Positions 26,501 to 41,469 of a stretch of 64,000 bases of DNA are shown in pieces (positions within the stretch are counted from its first letter, which is position 1; each line of letters starts with the position of its first letter). The notes under the pieces are model-generated. The model was not told the DNA's origin and did no database searches. It was given only the letters and a program-made list of their open reading frames with translations. Source of the DNA: the human T2T-CHM13v2.0 reference genome, Homo sapiens; the NCBI RefSeq assembly GCF_009914755.1, contig NC_060939.1, one strand, 5' to 3'. The translations under genes and the position numbers were made by a program.

Positions 26501-28534
26501 AAAAAAAAGGACATTTCTTTAAGAAATTTTATTGCATTAAAAAGTTTATTACTTCAATAGGTCTTATGAAGCAGCCCAACCTTCTGTCATCAGTTTTTCT
26601 TATTCTTACCACTGCCCCAGTGTCAAAACCCCCTAAAGTGCTATTTTATCGTTGTAAAATAACCAGCACTTTATCCTAGCTTGAGCACTAAAGGTTTTAC
26701 GTTACTAGAACATTTGGTGAAAAATGTCAAATTATATTTCGAATGTTGTACAGGTATTCCAAACAGATAACTCTGTAATAGTGTATTTTGTAAACCCATC
26801 AGCCATATCTTTTAAAGAACAGTTTGATTGCTCAGTGGATGGAATTCATGAATGCCTATGTTATGTGGGGTTTCCTCACCCAGCAGAATGAATTGCATCT
26901 CACTGGCAGAGCGGTGGAGGTTTGGGTTATAATGTGCACTATTTAAGTTCTCTTCTTATAGAGAAATGGATCTTCGTAGTCTGTTAGGAGAGTATATCTA
27001 CCAAACATTCTTTTAAAGGACTAAGCCCTTAAGCAACTTATTTCATAACATGCTTTTTTCTCTGTTTCTGGTCATTTTACACTTTTTTTAGTTTTAAAAA
27101 GGAAATGTCTTCTTCTTCCTTGGGTTTGTGGCCATGGCTGGAACCCTTTAGAGGAAATGGGCGCTCAATAGGGATGTGAATGACTGCCATCTGGGAGTAA
27201 AATTAACCTTGTTCACAGCCGTTGGCTTATTTTTTCCAAACCTAACCCTTCCTATCTGCAACTCTTGTGCAAAATAGAAGTACAGACAGTATAGTTTCTT
27301 GAAGTTTCTCAGAAAGTAGGTTCAGCTCAAATTCCAGCTCTTCCAGGAACTTCCCTCGCTGCCTTTTGGACCTTACAGTTTCTAGAGACCTGGTATTGTT
27401 GGCAATTTTGCTCCGGGTTTTATCTTCCCTGCCGTACTAGGTACTGTCATCATCTTCTACTTGGTAACACCATTGTGCTTGGTACTTAATAGATGTTTAG
27501 TAAATGTTTGTGGGTTAGATGAATGAATAGACAAAAAGGGAGATGTCTTTAGAGTCCTCAACAATCTGAAGACCAACCATTAGACTGTTTTGGCTTTTAA
27601 TTTATAAATTCAAATTACTTCTCATGAAAATGAACAAATCTTGTTTGTTAGGAGCAGTATCATGATGTTAATGTTAATCTTCGAAGGAGTAATTTTGCAT
27701 CTAAGAGTTGCAAGTATTTTGATGCTGATAAAACAGCCACTTTTATTTTTGTGCCAGATAATATGACTTTTGGGCCATTAGGCACTTTCAGAGTGTCCAA
27801 CATACAGCAGTTATGCAACAAATATCTCCCAAGGGAATGGATGAGGGAGAAGAGGAGGGAGGTTGAAGACATGTGAGATACTCTTGCCATCCTTCATTTC
27901 TCCGTTTGCATTATTTTTAAATACAGCACCTTACAAACTGATTTACTGAGCAACTGCCAAGTACAGGGCATCGTGCTAAGTTCGTGAGGACTATACATAT
28001 AAATCAGGTGGAATTTACCCTTCCAGGAGATTGAAGGGGAGATATGTAACTCTCAAGCTGATTATAGACAAGAGTAAATGACCCAGGTGAAGTGGAGATA
28101 AAATCATATAGGAATCCCTATAGGAGACCCCATGGCTGTGCTTAGGAGGAGGACTGCTGGCAATCACGAAAGATTTTAGGGAGGGGACAGTATTTGAGTT
28201 GGATTTTGAGTGATGTTTGGGCATGCGGGCTGAGGACATTTTGGGTACTGAGTACAGCATGAGCAATACCTTGTAGGTGGGAAAGTGAGATGTCTGGGCT
28301 GGGCTTTGTGGAGAAAATGAAGTTAAGGTGGCTACAGATTCAGAGACTTAAGGGGCGGGTGCAGAGATCCAATGAGTGGACCGTGCTCGGATCCCAACTG
28401 AAACAAACTGACTGTAAAAAACAAAAATAGCTAAAATCATTGGGAACGTTTTAACACTCTATATTAATGATATTAAGAAACTAAACAATTTTTAAGGGGT
28501 GATAATAGTGCTATTGTTTTTAAGAGTCTCTGTC

Positions 28535-28838
28535 TTTTTTTTTTTTTTTTTTTTTGAGATGGAGTCTGACTCTTGTTGCCCAGGCTGGAGTGCAATGGTG
28601 TGATCTTGACTCACTGCAACCTCTGCCTCCTGGGTTCAAATGATTCTTGTGCCTCATCCTCCTGAGTAGCTGGGATTACAGGCGCCTGCCACCACACCCC
28701 GCTGATTTTTACGTTTTTAGTAGAGATGGGGTTTCACCATGTTGGCCAGGCTAGTCTAGAACTCCTGACCTCAGATAATTCACCCGCCTTGGCCTGGCGA
28801 AGTACTGGGATTACAGGCATGAGCCACCATGGCCGGCT
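28535..28838 (-). mobile_element. Alu (S-type) inside an old L1 fragment
   Basis: Dimer; flanking agtctctg repeat. Confidence 0.94.
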
Positions 28839-29039
28839 AAGTCTCTGAGTTTTAAAGAAACATACTGAGGTTTTTATAGGCTGTCTGAAATTTGCTTCAA
28901 AATAATCCACTTTGTTGGGGGAAGTCAGTGGGGTATGGATGAAACAAGATCAGCCATGCATTGGTGTGTGTTAAAGCTGGGTAATGGGTAGGTGAGAGTT
29001 AATTACCTATCCTCTCTACTTGTTGCAAATGTGTGAAGT

Positions 29040-29378
29040 TTTTTCTTCCTTTTTTTCTTTCTTTTTCTTTTCTTTTCTTTTTCTTTTTCTTTTTTTTTTT
29101 TTTTTGAGACAGAGTCTGGCTCTGTCACCTAGGCTGGAGTGCAGTGGCACGATCTCAGCTCACTTCAACCTCCGCCTCCTGGGTTCAAGCCATCCTCCCA
29201 CCTCAGCCTCCCAAGGAACTAGGACTACAGCTGCACGCCACCACACCTGGCTAGTTTTTGTAAAGACAGGGTTTTACCACGTTGCTCAGGCTGGTCTTGA
29301 ACTCCTGAGCTCAGGCCATCTGCTCACGTCAGCCTCCCAAAATGTTGGGGTTATAGGTGTGACCCACTGCACCCAGCA
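29040..29378 (-). mobile_element. Alu (J-type) with long T/C tail
   Basis: Dimer; flanking tgaagtttt repeat. Confidence 0.92.
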
Positions 29379-29403
29379 TTGAAGTTTTCTTTGGTAAAAA
29401 GTT

Positions 29404-29406
<3 letters not shown>

Positions 29407-29438
<32 letters not shown>
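29407..29438. repeat. (GT)n microsatellite
   Basis: Direct read. Confidence 0.96.
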
Positions 29439-29440
<2 letters not shown>

Positions 29441-29551
29441 AAGAATAAACAAAAAGAGTTAAAATAGGAAAGGTGGGGTGGGGTGAGATTATGGAGACTA
29501 TTTTTAGTTGGTAGTCAGTGAGGGAGCAATGATGTTTCTTTTATTAGGGAC

Positions 29552-29919
29552 TGATATGATTTGGCTATGTCCCCACCTAAATCTCGTCTTGAATTGTACT
29601 CTCATAATTCCCACATGTTGTGGGAGGGACTGGTGGGAGATAACTGAATCATGGGGGTGGTTTCCCCCATACTGTTCTCATGGTAGTGAATAAGTCCCAC
29701 GAAATCTGATGGTTTTATCAGGGATTTCCGCTTTTGCGCCTTCCTCATTCTCTCTTTGCCTGCTGCCATCCAAGACGGGACTTTTCCTCCTCGCCTTCCA
29801 CCATGATTGTGAGGCTTCCCTAGCCACGTGGAACTGTAAGTCCAATTAAACCCCTTTCTTTTGTAAATTGCCCAGTCTTGGGTATGTCTTTATCAGCAGT
29901 GTGAAAATGGACTAATACA
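29552..29919 (+). mobile_element. THE1-family solo LTR, sense to CGNL1
   Basis: TGATATG...GGACTAATACA termini; TSD gggac/gagac. Confidence 0.93.
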
Positions 29920-32802
29920 GAGACCTAATGTGGGGACATTACTTGGTGGTGGTGTGACCTGAGGCTGCAGCTGGAATGGTTAGAAGTAGAGAGTGGGGAG
30001 GAATGAGCAGGTAGTAGGGGCTGACTGAGGAGACCCCGCAGGGAGCATGAATTGGGGTGAGGAGGAAGAAGAGAGACAGCTGACCTGAGCAGGCATCGTC
30101 TCTGGGTGCCTGGAAGGGGGCTGTACTGGGAATGGAAAGGCTAATGAGTTCATCTTGAGGTCCTGGGAGCCCTCTGTGTGAACAATGAGTGAGGAGCAGG
30201 GCTGCCCTATCCATCTGGGAGTCGTTGGACGGAGTGTGAGCGAGTGACAGAGAGAGAAAGAAGCGAAGGGGGCCGAGGGCCTGAGGAGGAAGAGAAGACA
30301 CAGACACAGAGACCTGAAGAGAAGCAGCCACATCCAGTGACAGGAAAGCCAGGGGAAGGGCAGTTCATTTGACTTAGTTAACAGTCTATTGGTGGAGTTT
30401 CTAAAAGAAGGCTATTTTTGCATTATACATGTCCATACTGAGTTTCTGAACTTTTGTCTTGTCTGTTCCTCATACTGTAAATTCTTTCTGCCCATATTTT
30501 ATATTGTCTAACCCTTATAAGAATTTTATTCAAATTCAATAATGTTGAAACTTTTCTCCCCCTTCACCACCACCCTCCAATTTTGGCTGTGTGTGTGTAT
30601 TTTACCCAGCAATTTGGAAGTGTCACTGAGTCTTAAAGAAATGAATATATGTTTTGGTACCGTGTTCCCACGTCATTTCTAGTTTTGTCCCTTCCCTCTT
30701 TCCTGCCAATGTCTGAAGAAGTTCTTCCAAAGCATAAGGTCAGCAGAGGGTCAAATGGTAAAACCAGTGCTAATCTCAGGATCAGTGGAATCGCTTCCCT
30801 TAAGACATGGCTAATTCAGTGTAAAATCTCATTTCTGTCTTCTCCAAGGGAGCCAGGTTAGCTAGGGAAACAGCAAAAATTCCTCATTTCCTCTGCATTT
30901 TAACTTCAAATAATCAACTTACCCTGAATGACGGCTACTGAGAGCTGGAGAAGTGGTGGGGTTTGCAATCAGGTGCCCAGGAAAAGGAAAATATCTCTTT
31001 TCCACAGACTCAAGCCTGCCTAGAGTGACATGGAACTTTCCATAGGCAAAAGTGAAATGGGAAGATTCAAGGCTAAAAAAAGATCTCTTTTTTTTTGTCT
31101 CTCTTTTTTTTTTTTTTGCCTGCCCCAGAAATGGCTCTTTTAATAGTTGTATAACTCTTCTGCATCTTGTATTGATTAAAAAGTATATAAATAAGAGGTC
31201 TAGAGTGGTGTCCTGGGATGTTCCTTTTGAACCCATCACAGGCCCAGTGCCCCATTCTGTGGCTGTGATCCCAGGTGCCTCCCATGTCCTGAGAGTCAGT
31301 GGCTGTCATGAAAAAACTCTGGGGGGCTGGGTAATGGACAGATCTCTTAGCGGGCCTCCATGAGGGATAAACAGAGCATCTCTGCAAGTCACTCCTGGTG
31401 TTTTACCTGAGCTGCCTAGAGTCACTTGCTGTGGGTTAGGTTGTAGAAGACAAAGATATGCTGGTTTATCTTTAGATATGCGGATTCATTTGCCATCAAA
31501 TGCCTGAGTGTGTTTTCTGTGCCAGCGCGGTGCTAGTCACCAAGAATATAAAGGCAAGCAAGCTGTGGTCTCTAGCTTTGAGGATCTTATGTGGTCTTGT
31601 GGGCAGAAAGATGTGCAAGTAAAATGACAAAGTTATGGTTGCTGTGGTTGAGGTATGTGCAGAGTAGGAGATTAGGAGAGGTTTATTGCTTTAGGTGGCA
31701 AAATTCAGGTGAGAAATAGCATGTCAGTTCTGTGAGTTGACACCCTAAGTGCTTTTTATGTACCAAATACTTAAGAATTAGAAAGAAAGAAACGTTCCTC
31801 TTCGAAGAACCTCTCTAGGAGCTTTGGGACGTTGGTGTACCTCGAACTTGCTGACTTTGTACCCAACTTCTTTTAGTGAAACTCAAGAGTTAACAATTAG
31901 AATTGCTAGGAAGACAAAGAAAAAATATTGATTTGGCTGGTGAGTTAAAATACATTTCACTTATTCAGTAAATCAGCTTCCAGTTACAGTTCAGATTTCC
32001 AGAGCGTAGGAGCTCATAAACTATTTCTGAGGAGAGCCTCTACCTTTCCTGGCTAGGATGACAGAATAAAGGGCTTCTCTTTCCAGGTCTACCATTAGGG
32101 CTTTTGGCGAGTAGATTTAGCAGCTGCTATTCTGTAGAGAGGATTTTGGCTTTAGCCTCACAGTGCAGGAAGAACTGATGGAGAATTCCATTAGGAGGAT
32201 CCCTCACATGGAGAGGTAGGACACTGGGTAATTTTTAATGACCCTACCTTGGTGCTTCATGAACATGTTTAAGCAGGCTGGCATTTTCTAGCAGTTCCAA
32301 TAAGGAGCAGAAGGTAGGGCTGATACCCAGGGCACCTCGATGACTCAAAATCACAGCAAATTCACAGGCAGCGTGCGGAGAAAGTGACAAGACTTAGTTG
32401 GGTAGAGAAGGAGGTAATGCGCTGGAAGCACAGCTGAGGAGCTTGGTCGCGTGGTCAGGCTGCCTATGCCTAGCCTTCTGGGGGGGCCTCCTGCTCACCG
32501 ATGGAGTGAGGAGGGCCCTTGCCTGTTTCCCACCTGCGATGAACAGTGATGAGGAAAATAGGCTCAAACCACTCAGATTTCGTGTTCAATAGTCAGTGTC
32601 AATGTCTAACTGTTGGGAATGGATTGTTGATACAGTTTTTGGAATATCCATCCAATAAATAGTTCATTTATGGTCATTAATTAAGCAAATATCTAAGGAG
32701 CATTTTATTTATGTCAGGCACTGCGCTGGGTTGTAGGAATAACATGGAGAAAAGGGGTGAGAAGGACGTTATTCAGATAATCACATGGATAAATGTGTGA
32801 TT

Positions 32803-32933
32803 TTCTGGGTGTGGTTGTGCACCCTGTAGTCCTAGCTACCAGGGTGTGTGAGGCAGGAAGATCACTTGCGCCCAGGAGTTTGAGTCCAGTTGGGTAAGAG
32901 AGCAAGACCCCCATCTCAGAAAAAAGAAAAAAA
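32803..32933 (+). mobile_element. Alu monomer (FLAM-like) within L2-like sequence
   Basis: Single arm with an A-tail. Confidence 0.8.
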
Positions 32934-34309
32934 TATATACATGTGTAATTCAGATGTGATAAATGCTTTGAAGTTCAGGGAGGGAGAAAAAGTTTCCTTG
33001 GGGAAAACGATGATGGAAATCTGAAGGATGAATGGGAATTAACTAGATTTTTAAAAATCCAGAGACTGGTCCAAGCAGAGGAAATAGCATGTGCAAGGGG
33101 GCTTGCAGCAGAAAGGAGTGTGGTTTGTTCAAGCTGTTAAACCATGGCAAGTGAGGCTGGGCTGTGAAGGGTGGTTGAAAGTCTGGTATGAGAGGAAGTA
33201 GAAGCAGATAGGGAACAGCTCATGCAGCCTGTATGGAGCATCCGAAGGACAGATTTTTAGAGAGAGAGACAGACAGACAAGCAGGTGTGTGTGTAGTGTT
33301 TTTGTGGGGGAGTGTGAATGTTTGACACAGACAGATTACTTCCATGGAAAAGTGCCTGCTCTGGGCTTGACCAGTGAGGTGGGAGGCCCTGGGATGATTC
33401 GTTCATGCTGACACTTAGGATGGAGGCACGGGATCTTTGAGGTCTCTTCCACAATTTCATTCTATTTTTAAAGGGATTATTACCTGTCCCTGTCTCTCCT
33501 GACTCCTGTGGAGAAAGGGATGGGAATAGGATTATGTAGGGCCCCATTTTCCTTATGAGTTTTTGCTCCTTGCTAAGTGCCAGTCTGCTGAATTTATAAC
33601 ATGTGTCTTTGGGCAGGTGGATGAGAGATGATAGGGCTTATAGCTGAAGGCAGAAGTTTGGTATGCTGACGGAGAAGGTTTGTAGGAGGAAAGTTTTTAT
33701 TTGTTTCTTGCCTAATAAGGCTTTTATAATGGGTCAGCGGTGGGAATACATTTAAACACTTACAGAAGCAGAGAAAGTAACGTAGTGGGGTGCTTGCCTA
33801 TCTCCCCATGTGGAGTGGATGTTCTGAAATCTCTGAGCCATCCATGGACACTGCCCAGAGTCTGGAAGTGTGAGTAACAAAGGAGCTATGGCTACTCACT
33901 GATGGCCCTACACCAGATGCATTTCCAGATGTGGATATGGTCAAGCCACAAGAATTGGGTGGTGCAGTGAGTGGGGCTATTATAAATAGCCTGGGACAGT
34001 CACAGCCACCATAATATTGCAAACAGTTGAATCCTTAACATCTAAAGGAAAAAAGCTTTATTATTGGAAATCCTATTCAATCTATGTTATACTCTCTCTG
34101 ACCCTCTAAATTCTGCCTGATGGATATTTTTCTAAAGACTTGCCAAGATCATTAAGTAGATTTTTACTTGGTGGAAAAATTTGGCGTTATGATTTGATCA
34201 CTTTAAGCAGAAAATGGAATATGTCATAAACTCTAAATTCATTAGACAAGAACCAGTATGGAAACAGGAATACCTACAGTGGCAAAGTTAATCAGAGTGC
34301 ATAAGGCAT

Positions 34310-35168
<859 letters not shown>

Positions 35169-36239
35169 AACATTTTGACAAACCATCTCTTTGAAGCTGC
35201 ATTTTCTGATAGCCACTGGCTCTAGCAGAACCCACAGCATCCTGCCATGCCCTTGGTTTAGTCCTTGTTATGCTGGACTATATCTCTTAGGTGATATGTC
35301 ATGCTCCTCATCTTGAAGGAGGGGTGTCTTGTCCTTCATATCGTCAGTACTTTGCAGAATGCCCTGTATTTGCTGTATGAGTGAATCAGAATGTGTAGAG
35401 GTAAATAAAGGACACCCGCATAGTTTAAGGACAGGTCAGGGTTTTAAACCCAGCTTTGTCATTGACTTCATAGAATTCTCCTAGTCTTTCTCTGTTTTTA
35501 TTTCCTCTCTTGTAAAGGGATACTATTTGTGTTATAAAAAACATACATAATATATTGCTATACATGCATATGTGCTTGTGCACATATGGATTATTTCAAG
35601 AGGGAGATAACTAGTCAATAGTGGTTACTTCTGGGGATATGTAGGGGGATGGAGTAAGAGGAAAACTTTCAAAAAACAGTGTGTAAACCTTTCATATCTT
35701 TTGAATTTATTCCATGTACAGTGAAATAAGAGTATTGATCTGCACCTCTCCTAAGGCAGGTCAAGAAGAAGTCCTAAGTTTAGTGAAGTATTTTTAATTT
35801 TTTGTCACTGGGGGCCCCTTCCTCTGCCTTGACCTTGACCTTCACCTTCTGTCTGCTACCCAGGTCTGTGGCTTCCACATCCACAGCAGCTCAGTTCCAT
35901 CCTCTGACCTCCTTTCTCACAGTTGCTGCCCTGGTTCAGGCCTCAGCAGCCATCTCCCTATTTCCCCAACTGTGTTGCCCCCTTCTGACCACACCACCTG
36001 CCGCAGGTTGGCCACCCTCACAAGTCCCTGGTGGCTTCCCTTCAGTTACAGAGTCCTGCCTGGTCTCCAAGGCCTGCACTCCACCACCTGGCTCCCACCT
36101 GCCTTTGCAACCCTGGCCCTCACTGTTGTCCCTGGTGAGCTTGGTGCCAGCCACACTAAAGGATTCCCTGTCACCTCCACAGAAGTGTGCCCTGTTACTC
36201 CGTATTAGCCACCTCTGGGACTTTGCTTTGCAATCCTGA

Positions 36240-36315
36240 CCTGCAAGAAAGGACAGTCCCCACAACAGAGACATATCTGACCCAAAATGTCAATCATGTC
36301 ACTCTGAGAAACTGG
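36240..36315. mobile_element. MER20-like fragment
   Basis: ggacagtccccacaaca...tatctgacccaaaatgtcaat...tgagaaactg. Confidence 0.65.
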
Positions 36316-36336
36316 GATCTATGTATATACAAGTGT

Positions 36337-36337
<1 letters not shown>

Positions 36338-36374
<37 letters not shown>
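36338..36374. repeat. (GT)n microsatellite
   Basis: Direct read. Confidence 0.96.
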
Positions 36375-36380
<6 letters not shown>

Positions 36381-39360
36381 TTTCTTCTCTTTTTACATAA
36401 ATGCCTGCTGTGCAACCCCAAGCCTAGTTAATGAGCAATAGATGGAGTGACTGAATACTTTTGACACACCACATCTCTGATCCCAAAGAATCTTCTTCTT
36501 GCAGTGGGGAAAATAATCCTCCCAGGGCTGTACGTATTCCAGCCTCAGACTGTCTTTTCTGACCTGCTGTCCTGTGCTCTCTCACTGGATTCTCTGCGTG
36601 TGCCCTAGTGGTCTCCCTGCTTGCTTTCTTCTTTCCCCCGGCTCATATTAGCCTGTCTGTCCCCAACATCCTTCACCAGCCCCCGAGCTATGGTCTCCGC
36701 CATTTAAAATCGTGCCATCCTTCATGGCTCAGGTCAGATGACATCTCCTTCTTGGGTCCACCCAGCAGCTGCTGTTCTTTCTCTTTGAAATCCCCAGGGT
36801 CTTTTGTCCCTCGGGTGGCATTTATTGTGTTTTGCTTTGCCTGTAGTTTTTGTTTGTTTACTCAACACATCAAGCATCATGCGAAATCTGGGGTGCAGAG
36901 ATGGACAAGGTGGCCTCTGCTCTCAACTCTTCCCCAGCCTAGTAGAGACAGACAAGAAAGCTGACAGCCAGTTCGGTGTGGGGCATGAGAAGCTGGCATA
37001 TGGCACGGAAAGCAGAAGTTCGGAAAAGGGTGACTTTGCTCCGTGTAGGCAGGCCAGGGCGGGTTCCTAAGAGGGAGTGAGGCTTGGGTGAGTCTTGGGG
37101 GCAGTGGGAATTAGCAAGGTGACTTATGGGTGGGCAAGGACATTCTAGACGCAGGGAACTTCTTGAACCAAAGTATGTCTTGTTCTCCTCTGAGACTTGA
37201 ACACCTCTTTAGGGGTAACCATTTTCCTTATTCATTTTTATGCCTTTTATAGTTTTACCTTAGACAGCTAATAGTTTTGTTTGCATTCATGTATTTATTC
37301 ATTCAACAAATATTCTTGAGTGCTTATTTACTTGAGGTACTGGATAGATGTAAATGGATTTAGGCAAATAGTTGGTGACAGAAGAATTCAGTAGAAACCA
37401 TCAGAGTAGTAGGCGGCCTCTGAAGTGATTAGATGTGGTTTAGTGAGTTTTAGCTACAGAGTAAGTCATGTGTTCACGGTGACCACACGTTAGAATTCTG
37501 GAAATGTGGGCCAGAACAAGTCCAAGTTAGATGCAATGGAAAAATCCCTCTGTCCGAGTCATCTCTAGGGAACAGAACTTGTTTGAACCAGCATTATTAG
37601 TTTAGTTTCATGAAAGACAAAATAAAGGGCAAGGTGTTTGCTCCACAGGGTGACTGCAGCAGTTTTCACAGTAATGAATAAAGTAATGCTGTTTTGTCAG
37701 CAGTGAGTAGGAGTTGGGGACTGGGAGAAGCTTGTTCCATTCCTCAGGAAATTCCAAAGTCATGCACGGGCCTTATCCTTGGGGAACTTACAGATGAAGG
37801 AGAGAATATGGCCAAGCACACATATTTCTCCTTTTAACACTTCCCTTCTTTTTCTTTCTTTTTGTTTTATTTGTTAAATTTCTGCACATGTTTCTCAAGT
37901 GTGTGGTCTAGTGGGAAGGAATACTGGCAGTCTCTGGGTTTAGGGAAACATTGAGTCCCCTTACAGTTAGAAATAAAAGGCTGGACGTGCTTCAAAGACT
38001 TTTTGAAATAAGGCTGGGGACAAAGAAGTCAAGCAAATAAATGATAGAGTCCAGAGAAGGTGGCATTAGAGATAGATCTGAAAGCATTCAGGGAGACGTG
38101 GTGCAGGAGGATGGGAAAATCTTGTTTTTTCCATCCCTGAATTGTCCAAGAGCCCAAAGACATCTACTCTGCAAAGTGTTTGCTGGATGACAGTGCAACG
38201 AAGACTTAGATGCTAGCAAACTTCGTTGGAAAACACTGGGTTCTTCATGTATTTGGAGCAAGAACCAAGGCATTAGTAAACTTTGGAAAATAGGCAGTGA
38301 GGTTGTCCGATAGAGTCCATCTGGGGAAGTATTTTGAGCCAGTTGGGTTTATAACTATGACCCTAAACTTGAGTCCAGCATATGCCAAGTCCAAAGGAAA
38401 GGTATGTTCTTTGGACCCCTCATGCTCTCTGATTTACAGGGACCTCTTTCTGCCTGGTCAAGGCATTTCATGACTCTAAGCCTATGACTTTTTGTGAGAA
38501 GAAGCCTTCCATGGCTCCTTTGCTGCTTGGTTTTGGGGTTTTGGAGGCACCAGGATGCCAGGCTCCTACCCTGTGTGCAGTGCTTCCTTCTCCCCGTCCC
38601 ATTGTGAACTGTTTCCCTTGCAGGTTCAACTCATTGCCACTTCCTGTAGCTGTCTTAGTGACCCTTCAGGCCAGAAGCAGATGCCTGTGCTGTGTACCAT
38701 GCCCCTCCTGCTGCTGAACTGGAGAGAAAACGTGGCTGGCAGGTGGTGAACTCTCTGGCTGATTCAGGCCCAGTGGAGAAGGAGGGTTAATAATTTACTT
38801 TGCCCCTGTGTAGCCACTGGTGTTGACCTTGTCAAAACACTAGTAGAAATTAATTAGAGTCTGGCCTGTCATTTAACTAACAGGATAGTAAGGCCCCAAA
38901 ATAACTTCTTGTTTTGAGGTTAATCCTGTCTCTGAGTTTACGGCTGACATTCCTGTACATCCGGCCCTGTTTGCATCCAGCAGCCAGGACCGTGGGCTCA
39001 TGGTGTTCATGGGGCTCACAAAGAGGGCACACAAGGTCAGGGGCCTGGCTCTCCATGGGAGCCGCTCATTGTGGTAGGAGGACAAAGGCCACAGTGATCA
39101 AGATGCTCTGTAGGAGAGGCGGCAGAACAACATGTGGGCCTGGTAGATATTGCAGGTGAAGAGCCTCCCCATCCCCCAAGCTTCTTTCATTTTAAATTCA
39201 CAGCTTTTGTTTCTTGAGAAGTTCCGAATCTTTTGCATCTGGTGCTGCGAGAAGGTTCACCTGGTTAAACATCCTCAAGTCAACAGCACAGCTCCTTCTG
39301 GAAGGCACTTTAACTGGATGGGATCCTCTCACTGTAGACATTGCTACCTCCCTTTCCTGA

Positions 39361-39406
39361 AATAAAGCCTGCTCCAGAGCAGTGATTGTCTTGTGGTGTG
39401 TTGTGG
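39361..39406 (+). terminator. Candidate intronic polyadenylation site (AATAAA, CA, GU-rich downstream element)
   Basis: AATAAA 39361-66; CA at 39380-81; gtgattgtcttgtggtgtgttgtgg at 39382-39406. Confidence 0.5.
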
Positions 39407-39492
39407 AAAGCTGTTAATAGCTTAAAAGGTCTCATTAGCTGCTAGATAGGCCTAGACTGTGAAAGGATACATGGTGACCCAAGGGTAGATTC

Positions 39493-39779
<287 letters not shown>

Positions 39780-40177
39780 GATTCTTACCTTATTAGGGAG
39801 TATCTAAATTAATCTGTTTATTGATCTCTTAAGTAGAATCTGATTAATTGTCCATCAATAGCTAGCTGCAAAGCACTGCAGAAGCCCACTTGCCACTCTC
39901 CTTCCCCCAGCTCTCCAGGAAGGTGCAAGGAGTTGTTTGAGATGGTTCTGACATCCAGCTTTTGGGTCCCTGGTTTATTGCCTTTTCCAGTACATTGGCT
40001 GGCACCTTTATCCAGCCAACAAATACACGCTCTGTAAACATGCATGTACTTTTGGAGAAGGCAGTTGGACCAAGGTGAGGGTGTGGAGGATGGGAGTGAA
40101 AAACAGAGTAAGCCAGAAAAAGGGGTCATGGGAAAGGAAGGGCAGGAGCTAGAGGGAAGAGGCCTGGGGACTGACTA

Positions 40178-40813
<636 letters not shown>

Positions 40814-41080
40814 CTACATATTATGCCAGGTGAGATTTCTGCTCCAGGAATTTTGGCTCACGGTTATCCCAAAGAGCTGTGGCAGCAAGTGTTGGTTTTA
40901 TTGCAGTATTAGCAGTATGTGGTTACTAAATAAGTGACTTTTGAAATAAAGTGTGAACTGTGAGACTCTAGAAGAGGATAAATGAAACTTTTATCACCTG
41001 AGATGGGTAATTTTTATACCTCTTATTTCTAGGGTCTCTCTATCCACAGCATTGAGCATGGGTATGAAAATATGCATTGA

Positions 41081-41469
<389 letters not shown>

